This document shows, in pieces, positions 50,540 through 63,755 of a DNA stretch of 64,000 nucleotides. Positions within the stretch are counted from its first letter, which is position 1, and every line of letters starts with the position of its first letter. The DNA is from Thalia democratica. Its lineage: Eukaryota. The notes below the pieces were generated by a model. The model made no database searches and was not told the DNA's origin. It saw nothing but the letters and a program-made list of their open reading frames with translations. The translations under genes were made by a program, and so were the position numbers. Where the stretch lies: NCBI GenBank assembly GCA_965202585.1, contig OZ241826.1, positions 55,428,001 through 55,492,000 of the forward strand, read 5' to 3'.

Positions 50540-51215
50540 TTTTATCTATGGTAAACTCAGCGCAGCATAAATTGGCGAAGTTTTTAAATCTAAGTTTGTT
50601 CCCCAGAGTTTCTATTAAGTGAAATCAAACAGATCGAAACCTATTATTAGATAAAGTTGCTATTAAACAAAAATAGGTACCCATTAGAGTTAGTTAACAA
50701 AACAATTTATTTACACTTGAAAAATTCGGATAAAAGAAAGACATTAGGACCTGAAAAATGTGTAGTTACTTTGAAAATCCAATTCATTATAAAAAGTTTA
50801 GAAATGTTAGAAAAGTAAATAGGACAATTGATAAGAAATACTTATTACTTGCAGCAAACCCAAGGATTGCATTCAAATCAAAACCGCTATTTGTATTTTA
50901 TCAAGAAAACCTGTTTTTGTAAGCAAAAAGATTTTGATTATACTGTTTCTTTATTTTCGCCGTATTTTATAAGGCGTGTTAGTGTCATTGTATTAATGTA
51001 CAGTTTTACTGTATGTTAATTATAATGTAAGTAAACTTAAATTATTTTTATTGTTACTAATTGTTTTTGTCTTCTATTGCTATTTTGATTACTTGGTTAC
51101 TGTATAAGTTTGTAAAATCTTATCATTGTTAGCTTTGTACTCTACTGATGAGAACTGCTCGAAATATGTTTAGTTTTATTGAATTTGTGTACCTTTTATA
51201 TCTTGTTGTATAATT
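50540..51215 (+). mobile_element. Inverted, doubly internally deleted copy of the host PLE including its 3' repeat
   Basis: MVNSAQHKLAKFLNLSL is joined directly to CSPEFLL, and later AANPRI..SKPL is joined to KK..CKQKDFDYTVSLFS. 50880-51215 is an inverted repeat of 46950-47300. Confidence 0.8.
51135..51175 (+). ncRNA. Minimal hammerhead-like motif (mirror copy of 46990-47030)
   Basis: CTGATGA at 51145-51151 and GAAA at 51161-51164. The core is identical to the minus-strand copy. Confidence 0.5.
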
Positions 51216-52267
51216 ACTGATCAGTTATCTTCCAATATTTGAAAAATACAGTATTTAAAAAACAAAAACACTTTAAATAAATAATAAACGGTATAGTATT
51301 TTTTTTACAAAACTTGTACAGTGCTTCGAACATTTTACAAAACTTAAGGAAAACTAGTTCAAAATAAAATCAAAGGTATTTATCGTCCATGTAAAGCCAA
51401 GAAAGTATCACGCATAGCAGGATATTTGGTCAATAATCCTAAGACCGCGTAACACTTTAAGTAACTTGTTTTCAATATTAATATTTTGCATTAAATCTTG
51501 TGGTTTTATAAACATACAAAAAGTTGAAACAAACTTAATAAAACATAAATTTTGCAAAAAAGTAGAGTTTTAATGTACTATTTTATTATTTGATCTAGCC
51601 GTACTTGTTGTAATAAAACTATACTTTCTTTTTATTTTAAACATGTATATGAACATGTAATTATTTATATTTGAGTATAAGATAAGTTTCAAAAACGCTT
51701 GACGTTGTTTTATTTTTTTTATCTGGAAAAAAATATTGACGTTAAGTGCGAGTTAAGCAAACTTATTCTATTTGAATTAGAATCTCATTTTGATTTTCCA
51801 TTCAGCAGTGAAACTTAGTAAATGTCTGAATTTGTGATAAATACTTTTCAACTTGTGTTGTTATCAAAAAATGTAAAACGGTTATATATTCTCTTTGCTT
51901 GGACTACTACAGTTACTATTGAAACTTTCTGCTTTAATGTTGTTAAAAGTATGAATATTTTGGTTTTAATTTTAGAATAACATTAGTCCTTAAATTACTT
52001 CTTTAATTACGTACTACTGAAGACAAAAATAACTTCCACCGTGCATTGTTAGCAAACTTATACAAACAAGATAATTTAATAGAATACTAAAACAAAAAAG
52101 GTATTTTAACAATTTACTTTTAGCAGCCCGTTTTAGTAAAACTAATAGTCCAACAAATTTTTATTTTTGCCATTTAAAAATTAATCATAAATACCTGCTT
52201 TTAATGAATTGGAACTTTACAAAACCAATAGAAAAGTAGTACAGTACAAAGATTAATGCTAAAAAAC

Positions 52268-55200
52268 CTTCTTCAAGTAGAGAGTGAGAGTTGTTTCCAT
52301 CTGAAATTGTGTCGCTTCTTTTAATTTCGCCATTGCTGTGCAGGGGTGTACCACTAACAGGCGCTACAGAGTAATCTTCGTGCTTTATCTAAATATTAAA
52401 AATATTTTTGAAAAAACTTTCTACAAAAAAGCTTAAAAATCAAAGTGTCAGATATCAAAACAATTTTATTTCTTAAAATAACAAATGATACTAATCGAAA
52501 ATGTTTAATTAGTAACCAAAAGAAAAACTCACCGATCGCTTTTGTTTCGGGACAAACTTAAAAGTTTTACTAGACCTAGTACTTAGATCAAAATTTCCTT
52601 CACCTGTAACAAATATGTAGAGGTTTCGTATTTGGAGTGTGTACTAATAAAGACCTATACAGTACTAAAACAGCTGTATAGTTTATTGTATAAATAAATA
52701 ACATTAAAATATTGAAACTAAGTAAAATTTAAAAAGCATTTTTAATCTTTAAACTACGACATCAACGATATTGAAGAAAATTTTAAAACAGGTTTTTATA
52801 TTTGTATAAAAGTACAAATAGAAATGGATTAGTTTGAACAGTTTTATCCCTAATTAACTATTACTACAAACTTCTACAATACTACTCCTGCAAAAAATAT
52901 AAACCTTTCAGTAATTTAAACGATTCTTGCTGTTTTAGCTCTTTATTTTTCTGCTGCAGCGTTTTAGTTGAATTTTCCTTTTTTATCTGCTCTATATTTA
53001 AATGGAGCTCACGAATCATTTGCTCAGCCTTGCTTGTATCTTCATCTTTTAACTGAATTAATTGTTTGTTGAAACTTAATTACTTTTAGTTTAACTAAGT
53101 AACACTTACTGGCTCATTTTCTTTAATAATCATTTTTTTAATTTCCTGTTTTTCTTCATTGTCTTTTTCATCCTACAGATATTGTTTAGTTACAAAAATT
53201 TTATTAAACCGTGATATTAACGTATAAAGTGTTTAAGCTTCCTTATAACAAAATCTGAAGAACTCTAAGTTTATGTAGAATCTGAATTTAGGTAATAAAT
53301 TTTTTATGCTGATACTGAAAATTTTGGTGGAATTACTTACTAATTTTTATTTTCAACCACGTGTATATAAAAATTAAAGTAAAATTTACAATAAAATATT
53401 GCTTTTTTAAACAAAGTAAAAAATAATTTTTAATTTAGCTTGAACTTTTGCGTTATCACTTTTATTTATTTATGGTTGATTTTTTTATTGATATACTTAA
53501 ATAATTTTCTTTATTGATATTTGAAAAAAAACTCTTCATTTCTGTTGTTGCAGTGTTTACTATTGTATAGGAAAAAAGTTCTTATGTTATATTAAAAATA
53601 TTTGTTAAACCTAAAATAGTTAAAGAACTAGACAATGAATAATAAACTTTATTCTAATAATTAATATAAAAAAATATAATTTGATGGTAAGAAAATAAAA
53701 TGATTTTTTTAGATATTATCTTTTTTATAATACTTCACATTACTGATTACGGATTATATACTATAAAAAAAGTTCAATTTCAAGAAGTTAAAGATCACTA
53801 ATTGTTTTTTAAGGTTTTATTAAAAGTTCGAATTTTCTTTTATTATCATTATTGTGCAATGTTGGACTCGAGCATCGATACCCGAGCTACTTAAACAGAA
53901 AGGACATGAAGTGAAAAAATAAGACTAAGTATAAAATAAAATTACAAAATAAAACTCTCAAAAAAAAAAAAAAAACTAAATAGATAAAAACAAACACAAC
54001 ATTTAACAGCAAATAAATTTTTTAAAGACACTATTATAACACATAGTACGTTTAGTTAAAACAAACTTTGTTACTCATGTACAACACATTCATATTTTAC
54101 AGCTGTAAAACTTATTTAACTAGGTTATATTTATATTTTAGCAAATGTATTTTGATACACTGAAATACAATTAAATTTGTAAGATTATAAACTAAATCCA
54201 TTAAAACTTTTTTTTTTCCGTAGAACCATTTTTTTAATCAATTTTGGATTTAATTAGATGAAAAAAAAGATTAATAAATAAAGTGTTTAGCTTAAAAATG
54301 TTGCATATTGCTTTGCTTAATTCAAGTTTTTGAAATCTTATATTAAATAAACAGTGTTTTTATATTTTGTTTTTCAGGTGCTAACAAGGCTTTATAAAGT
54401 GTTTTTGTTTAATACTAGTTTTTTCCAATTTTGAAGTTAAACAAATTTAAACATTAAGTAAACAAATGTATGCTAACTAAAATTACATGTACAATGAACA
54501 TTGTACATAGTTAGCTATACTATATTAATATTTTAAAGCAAATTGTTTTTCATTATATATTACTGATATTCAGACTAACAATTAACTGTATTAGTTTATA
54601 AATTACAATTAGGAGTGGTAAAATAAGAAAAAAATATTTTTTATACTCCACTAAGTAATCTATGCAAATGAAAATTAATTTTATGACAATATAAAACGCC
54701 GGTGAAGTGTTTTAGTTGCTTGAACCTAGCAATAATAAAATATATTCACTAAAGCGAATTCTAGCACATAATAATTTCTTGTTTAGTGTATTTTTTTTTC
54801 ATTTTTGTAAAATGTATATTGTCAAGTATAATGAGAGTATTTTATATAAGTATCATTACTTCATCAAATGAATTGTATTTTGTTAAGTTAGGCTCTTTCA
54901 CGTTATTGACAACTTTTTCTTTAACAGAACTTTCTTTAATTATTAATTTTTCAGCGAAAATAATTTCTTCATCAGGTATAACTTCATCATTGTTGTGATC
55001 AAAAACATCTTCTACTTTTCCATTCTCTTGATAATCAACAGAAACTTTATCACTTTTTTCTGTTAGTAGTCTTTTTATTATAACTTTTAAAATTTATGTG
55101 TACTTTTATTAAACTTACATAAGAAAATACCTTAAATGTAAATAGAAAAAAAATGCCGTACATTTATAAAAAGTAAGCAAAAAACTAATAAACTAAAAAC

Positions 55201-58200
55201 ACTAGAAAATAAGTGTTTACGATACACAATAATTAAAAACCGTCACTTAGTTTTGTGTTATTTTCATCTACAACTACTGCTTCGTGTGAATTGTCCTCAA
55301 ACATTTCAACTGCTGTTTGTTCATTTTCAATTACACTTTCCTCGCTTGTTTCTGCTTTATTTTCATTTTCCTGATAATCAGTAGTATTTTGATAAGAACT
55401 GAATGATAAAAAAACTTAAAACTTTTATGTTTAAGTATAAAACTACACAAAGACAAGTAATGTATATTGTTAGTTTGATTTGATAAAACTTGATTTTAAA
55501 TTATATTAATGATTAATATTAATATGATATATTAAAATTGAAATTCAGAATAAGCTTGTGTTTGATTTTTATATTTTGTTAGTAATTAATTGAAATATAT
55601 ATATTTTTTTTAAGTATAAATGTTTCAGTCATAGCTTATCAAGCAATTTGTTTTGTCAAACATCGGCGAAATTTTTAATCTATCAAGTATTAAACTAAAA
55701 TTCCAAAAGCGATTACTAGTTACATATTAACATTAAACAAATATTTATTCCTGCTCAGCAAAAAAATAAACTAAGCAATAAATAAATTATAAACAACTCG
55801 GTAAAATATTTTCGAAACAAAATGATTAGTGTAGAATACGAGAAAAACTTCTTATTTTTATTTAACTTTCATTCTATTTAAATTAAACTAATGAGACGAA
55901 ATTACAAAAATACTATGATCCTTTAATAGCAACAAAAATCAGTCATTTCAATAAATTACCTAAAGGTAAAAATAAACCATAAAATGTTTTAAATAATGTT
56001 TCAAAGGTTAAAACTCTATCTAAAACTAATACTTTATACATACTACTACTTAAACTAAAGTATGTTTTAATAAAGTTAACATATGGTTACTTAACATCCA
56101 AGTGATATACATGTGGTTTGTTTTAACCTAAGTTCTATATAAACTGCATACCTCATCAAGTATATCACTGTCTACAGATTTTTTCTTTAAAGTTTTATTC
56201 ACTTTTGCATATAAATCCTCGATGTTTTGACTAGAGTTTAATTTTTCACTATTTTCATTAATCTGTTCAGAATTATCTGCTTCTTAGAGTTATTGAAATT
56301 AAATTATTAAACTACTTGAAGTAAATTTAACGCAGATAGGTTTTATTCTTATCTTTGTATGAAAAATAATATTTTAAACAGTTTTAGTTTAATTCTATAC
56401 GAAACTGTTACTTTTAAGTAAAAAGAAAAACATTTTAAACCGCTAGAAAAAAGTATAAATCTAATAGCAAGTGTATTTTAAAAATTAAACTTACAATTCG
56501 TTCACGAGATTAAAATAAATAATATTTACTCTTACTTAATGAGCACAAGTTATTAAAAATATACAATGTAAATACATAAATATAATATATCTAACATATT
56601 GAACTTAGTCTACTAAACATAAAAAAAAAAAAAAAAACTTGAAAAGTATTAAATATAATTTTTTTATTTAAAAATAAAGCTAGTTAATAACGATAAGCAA
56701 AAACTTTGTTTTTTTCTAAAGAATCGTCATCTAAATCACTGCTTTCATCTGAATAAATTTCTTCTTCAAACTGAATTTCGACTGGAAAAATTAAAATTTT
56801 TAGGTTATTAAAAAAAAAAAAAAACAGAAATATCACAGAAGACTAGCTGTAGAAATTATTAAACCCTAAAAATAGTGAATTTATTAACTTTGATATAACA
56901 AGTAAACAATATTTTGTATTGAAAACAGTAGTAAATTTATTAACTCACGAATTTATTTATAAAACAATTTTTCACTCAACTAATAAAATTAGTAAGATCT
57001 TCCATTAAAACAAATATCAAAAAAAAAGGCTTAGCTTAAGTTTAATGTAAAATAATTTAAGGCCATAGAAGGGACAAAGGACTTTTTTCATGTTGATCTT
57101 ATTTTTATTCTAACAGTTGCTTTTTATTGTTTTTCAAAATTCATCTAGTTTTTAAAATACAAGCGTACAAAGTCGAAGAGTTCAATAGGTTTTTTACAAG
57201 ACTAAACCAAAAAGGCAAAATCATTATTTCATACAAAATCTGTTTACTCATACACATGTTTAGTATCATTCTCAAAATTTCTCAGTCTGATCTTAACTTA
57301 AAATCATTATAAAACCTTTAAAATTTTGACTAAATTCTATTTTCATTCTTTTGGTCTTAAAATAAAATATTTAATTTTTTTAAACATTACAATGGAATTC
57401 TTTTCGTTTAATACAAAGAACATATTTTGAAAACCTGAAGTTAATTTTTTTTAAATGAAGGAGATGATTAATTTTTTTTGAAATATTTTTAATTTTGAGA
57501 AAACAGCTAGTTTAAAATTTTTCCTCCGTAGGTTTGTATTGAAAACATTTTACACAACTGTATATACCTCAAGCATTAATTAGAATTTCTATATGTTGTA
57601 TATTAAAAAATTGAGCTTTCATATAAGGTTCAATTTAAACTTTTATCAGATAAAAATTATCCTTATAGGCCTTAAAGTAATTAAAACTAAGTTTAGTGTA
57701 TCACACCACAATAGAAAAATCTAATACCTTTACTTTCGTCACTAAGAACTTGATCTAACATCTCGGTGGCTAAATTTTCTTCTTCGAGAGTTCCTGCCAC
57801 GCTTTTTTCACCAATCTCTAAACAATGTTTATAATTAAAAACTTTAAAACACTCTTAAATAATAACGTAAAAATAAACTCCACAAAACTAGTGATGCAAA
57901 AAAAAATTTAATTTCTATATCTAAAAATAAAACTTAAGAATGTGTTTAGTTTTAATTTGCTGTTAAGTTTAAATTTTCTTTCTGAATCAAGTTTAAAGTG
58001 ATAATCAATTTGAATATACAGCATTTCTTATTATCTCTTACCTTGATATAAATCTTCGCCCAAATCGTCTTTACTTTCATTGTTCTAAATAAAATAATAG
58101 AAATTATTTAAATTAATTAAATAAACGAACTTGAATTATTGTTTAACTAAAATATGTTACAAAATGAGTTTTTAATAATTATGATTTGTTTATTTTTTTA

Positions 58201-61200
58201 AATATATCTAGCATTGTTATTTTTTTGCATTTTCTACAAAAATTTGATTCATAAACAACATTTTGCTCAATGAGCTCGTCAGTACAAGCAAATAGAAAAA
58301 AACGGTAACACTAAAGTACCATTTCAAAATAAATAATATCTTACAATCTCGTAACTCTAACACAACTCTGAAAGGCGATTTAAAAACTATACTTATAAAC
58401 CTTATATTTCGTCAATATATTTTTAATAAAATATACAGCTTATTTAAAAAAAATACATTATTTTTTTATAACTTTTTATTACTACTGTAAACTCACTTTG
58501 GAATTGTTGTTAGGTGGAGGGGGAGCGGGTGCTCTTCTTTTTGTTGGTTTTGCTGAAATAAAAATTCATTTAAAACATTAAAACAAAAATTGTACAATAA
58601 ATACCGATTAAAAAAGGAGAATCCATTGAATAGTGGTAAGATGTGATTGCTTGAATATCATAAACTAAATAAAACAGTTGTATCATCTGTTCTCATACTA
58701 CGAGCACAAAATACAAAATAAGCTTAGTTATGTTATCATCATTAATATCTGAGACTTTTTATAAATTCGAGTTTTATGAATTCTTTGATGCAATAAAAAA
58801 CTAATCCGGGTCATTGAGTAACAATGAATTTACAATTACAATTTTACTTTAAACACATTTTTAATTAATTATTAATGTCCAAATACTTTTAAATTGGCTA
58901 CATTTGTATTTGATGGAATATTTTTTTTTAAGTTTAATAAAGTCAAAAGTTTTAAGAAACATGGAACTGCAGAGTGTTTAAGTAAATATGTTTACTTGAA
59001 AACGTTACAAAACATCATGACTGTTTTAACATATGTACTTTATAACCTTGTTCAAATTTTCTCTGGTAATTTATTTTAAACCTTAAATTGTGAAAGGTAT
59101 CAGTTAACTGCATGTAGCTTTAGCAACTTATACCACATAAGCTATACATACAAATCGCTTCAAATATTTTAAAATATACTTTTTAAAGTAAAAGTGGAAA
59201 AAGCTTAAAACAGTTAACTGAGTTTCAATAGTAAACAAATAAAAATTAAATGAAATAAACATAATCAAAAGATACAAAATTTTGTGGTATAAGTTACTCA
59301 AAAGATACAAAATCAGTTTCAAAACAAAGTTGACTCAATACCATCAAAGTAAAACAAAATTAACAACAGTTGTAAAATAAAATATTTGATATGTTTAATT
59401 TGTCTGAATAATCTGAATAAGTGACAACATCCAATGACCTTAGTTTATTTACTTATTCAGGAAAAATTAGTTTGTTTCAAAATTATAATGCACACCTATC
59501 ATAATTAAAACTTTACTCTGTCGTTGAAACTTAAAAACTTTTTTAATATTCGTAGTCAATAAAGAAACATTGTTTTAAGAATTTATTTTTTATTTGACTA
59601 GTGTTCGTTCACTGATTTACTAAACTAAATAAAAAAACCATAATACAGCTATGCAAATACAAAATTTATATTTAGTCATCCAACTATCTATTATGTTCTG
59701 CTACATATCAAGAAATTTAATACCTTATTTAGTTTATTTTTATATAAAAAATATAGATAGACTAATATAATATGAATGGGAATATTTTTTAAATTTTTAA
59801 ATACAGAGTAGTTGAGAATACAATTCTCAAAATTTTTCATTTAAGAAGTCCTAAGCATGGAGTAAATTGTTTGCTTATATCACATTTGCTAATGCATTGA
59901 CTACGATTTTTTACAAACATAATACAAATGTATTTCATAACAAATTACGATTGAAAATAAATTTAGTAATACCTTTTACAAAAAAATATTTAAAAAATAA
60001 CTATGTATTTTTTTTTACTGTTAAAATTATGGTTGATAAGTGTGCAGTTATAAGGTTATATAAAGATAATTTTAATTTATATTTATATAATTAAGTGTTT
60101 ATAAAACTTGTAGCTTCAGTTTTGGTGGGAGTTGGTGGAGGTATGGACGGGGCAATTCGTTTTGTTGTCTTCGAAGTTTTTCTTTCTTTAGGCAAGCTTT
60201 CTGAAAGTAAAATAAATTTGTATAATAAAGAAACTGTGTAGTTAATAATATTTACTTCATCCAATTTTCTAACATTTGATCGCTTGAATATTTTGAACAT
60301 AATTAATTTGACTTAACATTTAAGCTAAAACTATTTGTCTACCTGTTTAAACATTATATGTGGTTAACTTTACTCAATACTGCTAAGTCATCAGTAATGT
60401 TAGGTAATTAATTATAAATTAAATTACATTAAGTTTTGTTTTAAGTATGTTAAAAAACAAGTTACTTTAAAAACTGTGAAACCCTACTAGAAAAATAAAA
60501 ATACGTTTTCTAAATTTAGAATACATACTAAATTATAGTTTGTTTTATCAGCAATTAATTGGGTAAGATTTATATTGATTTTTTTTCTGATCATAAGTTT
60601 TTCAGTGAAACAAAAATTTAAGTATGTTACATTTAAAACATACAGCTTATACAACAAACTTCTTGGCTTATCTATTATGTTTCTGTTTAATTTATCCATA
60701 TACTATCTTTTTGGTTAGTTGCAGTTTACATGTTTAAGTTGTGTATTTTTAATTGAATAAAAAAGTAGTTTTATAATGTCTAGTACAGCATATTTTTATT
60801 ATAATTTAAACAAAATAAAAAGTTATTACTTATGCTAAAGAATTTTAAAATATAAACATTTTGTAACTTGTCTTCTTGTCAAACATTAGTATTCTTTCGA
60901 AGTTTTAGCATTTTAAATTTAAAGATGATAATTTAAGCATACAACTAGAATTATTTCTGTTTAAATTGTTTTTTGTAATAAAAAAATATTTTAAAAGTTA
61001 TTAAACTTTGATAACGTAAACGTTTCTAGTTTAATCCTTTTAACATAAAGCTAAAGCTTTATTAATAGCTTAAAATTTGGTAAGAAAAACTTGAAAATAC
61101 TTTAGTACTTATTTTTTAGAGGTAAAACTCAGTTATAAATCACAAGTACATTTATAAGAGGGTTTCTATTTCTTAAGATCTAAAATATTTTCTTTTAATG

Positions 61201-63755
61201 TTAAAATCTTATCGGTATAAAATAAAAATAGAGCTATTGTGTTTTAACTTTATCTACCAATTAAGTAATAAAAACTATACTTGTTAAGAATAATGTTAGT
61301 AAGTATTAAAATAAAAACTATTGTATCTGTAATATGGCTTAAAAAATACTAATTTAGTATTTTTTTTCCAAGTTACGCACAAAGATGCAGAAAGTTATAC
61401 TTAATTAATTATAGTTTTGTAAAAAATTGTGTTTAAATATTAGTATATACTACTTTCAATTGAGACAAGTAAAAACGAGATGCAACCTAATTTTTCAAGG
61501 AGAAAGACATCTCTAATATTGTAATCATTTAGTGATTTTTTCATATCCAGACGATTGTTTAATCCGTGCAAAGGATGCCTAAATTCCAGATTGTTAACTG
61601 CTTTTAAATGCAGTTTTTTTATTACTGTGTCAAATATATGTTGCAATGGTTCATTAGGATTAACTCTCAGTATACTCTGTCTCTGGTGTGTTAGACGAAC
61701 TATCAATCGAACTGTGTTCTGTTTAAACGTTATCAAGTAAAAAAAACAAAAGAAAATTTGTTGTACAATCATTGTAATCTATCTCAATTTTAAACAAAAT
61801 TGCTAATTTTCCTAAAAAATAGTTGTATAGTCTCCAAAAATAAGCCTTAGTTTGTTAGTAAATCTTTTAAATTAACTTATGTTAAACCTGCATACATTAT
61901 ATGTTTTAACAATAAGTAATAACAAGACTTTGAAAACTTACTTTTGAAAAATTGTTTTATTAACAAAATTATACATTAATCAACCACTTTAAAAGTTTAA
62001 AAAAATTATTAATATTTTCGCTTAGCTTCTCATTGGATAAGTATTGCTAAAAACTAACCTGAGTATGATAAAATAATTTTATTATCTTGTTAAAAATTGT
62101 TTTGTCATAAAGAGACAAATGTTAAAAAAAATTCTGTGATCTGATTATTAACTTTGGAATAAATTAGAATTTAACAATTTAAATTTAAGTTAGAAATATA
62201 AATAATATAACTTAAAAAAAATTGAGTTTATAAAAAATACTAAAAAACCACTAAACAGTAAAAAGTTTACATAAACACAGAGAAAAAAAAACCTTATTTA
62301 TATAGTTTTAAGTTATTCACATCTTGTCCTTTGCAGACTTTAGGCTCGTGAGTTCTAATGAAAAGTGATTCTTGAACTGAGTGGTGAAAATGTATTTTTC
62401 GCTTTAGATAGAGTTTTCAATTTTGTATTTTTGTAATTCTTTGCACAACTAAGATTATAGAAGAAGTGTTCACAAATGGATGATTTTTCATAGTTATTCT
62501 TTTCATCTCTAACAAAAATGAGCCTTTTTAGCTTTTTCGTTACATGCTATTTTTGTCTGACATGTAACAAAAAAGCTGAAAAGGTTTTTTGTTATTGAGA
62601 ACTATATGAGAACAACCATCCATCCATGACCACGTCATTAAAAATCTTAATTGTACGAAGAATTACATAGACCATCTTAAACATTTTTAATATTACACAA
62701 ATAATACACTTATAGCTTAAATAGGTTTCATATGTACAGTATAAATTTAATCTTGATTATTTTGGATAAAATATTTAGTTAACAGTATATTTCAGTCAAA
62801 GTTATTGTGTCACATATTGTTTCTTATGAATATTCTTTCAAAACTTAACAGAATATATTAAAGTCTAAACTTAATCAAATACTTTTATTGAAATGAAGTT
62901 GAGTCTTTTTTCACTAAATAAACATTAAGTATTTTAAATAAACTAGCTTAAAGTATAAACTGTTTTAAAAAATACAAAACTTTATTACAGCTAGCCCATT
63001 GAAGAAAGGTTTGACATACAAACACATAAAAAGTAATTTTTTTATTGTCAAAATTTTTTTATTATAAAAAACCACTAACATTGTACTTCTTAGAGTTTTT
63101 AAGCTGTTGACTTCAAGTTCTTAAATAAAATTATTTTAATTGTGAAGTTTACAACTCTTTTATATAAATCTTATTGATTTAAATTTCTTGCCAAAAAAAG
63201 AGACATAACAAAATTTACCATTCTTAAAACAATTCAAATTTTTTAAGAGTAAACTGTAAAAACTTAGATCTAATTTCTTGAAAACTGTAAGGTAGAATAT
63301 ATTTAATAAAATTGTTTTTATTTGTGTTTTTGGTTTGTCATATAAATATAAAACACGTTATATATATCAAACTTTTAACCTTTATATCATAAAACAGCTC
63401 TAACTTTTGTATTTAACTCTTCAAAAATATCTGATAGATAAGATAGAAATTTGCTAAATAAGATATGGTTGTTAAAAGCTAATCTAACTTAGTATTTAAA
63501 GCACAGAATATAAACATTCACACAGTTTAGTAAAATACCTCAGTTTTGTTTATAGGTTGTGGTACAATTGCTTGAGAAATAGACACCTTTGATTTTATGA
63601 CAACCATTCTTATACCAGATTCACAAACTTGCAAAGAAGCTTTACGCCTTATACTTTGTTTTGATTGGTTGTTGTACAAAACATCAACAAAATGTGTTTT
63701 GTTTGAAAGGTTAAATTTGGTGCACATAAGTTTTGGAAGATCTCCTACAACAGTC
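52268..63755 (-). CDS. Cordon-bleu (COBL/COBLL1)-like protein, multi-exon, 5' end outside window
   Basis: Exons 63539-63755, 61487-61718 (NTVRLIVRL..ILRVNPNEPLQ..LDMKKSLNDYNIRDVFL, like the cordon-bleu ubiquitin-like domain), 60108-60200 (KRIAPSIPPP), 58497-58552 (KRRAPAPPPP), 58042-58084, 57728-57817, about 56705-56781, 56152-56282, 55247-55398, about 54857-55068, 53110-53172, 52905-53052, 52533-52603, 52268-52388. Most junctions are phase-compatible. A few in the 53.2-56.7 kb stretch could not be joined, so small exons may be missing. Confidence 0.7.
57061..57671. mobile_element. TTAA-flanked Kolobok-like non-autonomous element in a COBL-like intron
   Basis: TTAA|GGCCATAGAAGG...CCTTATAGGCC|TTAA. 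The subterminal ttgatcttattttta is shared with the 15796 family. Confidence 0.7.
62290..62560 (-). mobile_element. 3' endonuclease fragment of a third Penelope-like element
   Basis: Reads SSICEHFFYNLSCAKNYKNTKLKTLSKAKNTF, then after a frameshift QESLFIRTHEPKVCKGQDVNNLKLYK*. This parallels the endonuclease C-terminus at 47200-47450. Confidence 0.6.

Noticed and set aside
52185-52267. Read-through of the last COBL-like exon into a hydrophobic stretch (FLALIFVLYYFSIGFV) as a transmembrane tail
   Set aside because: T-rich intron sequence commonly translates this way, and a usable GT donor exists at 52267. It cannot be supported without cDNA.
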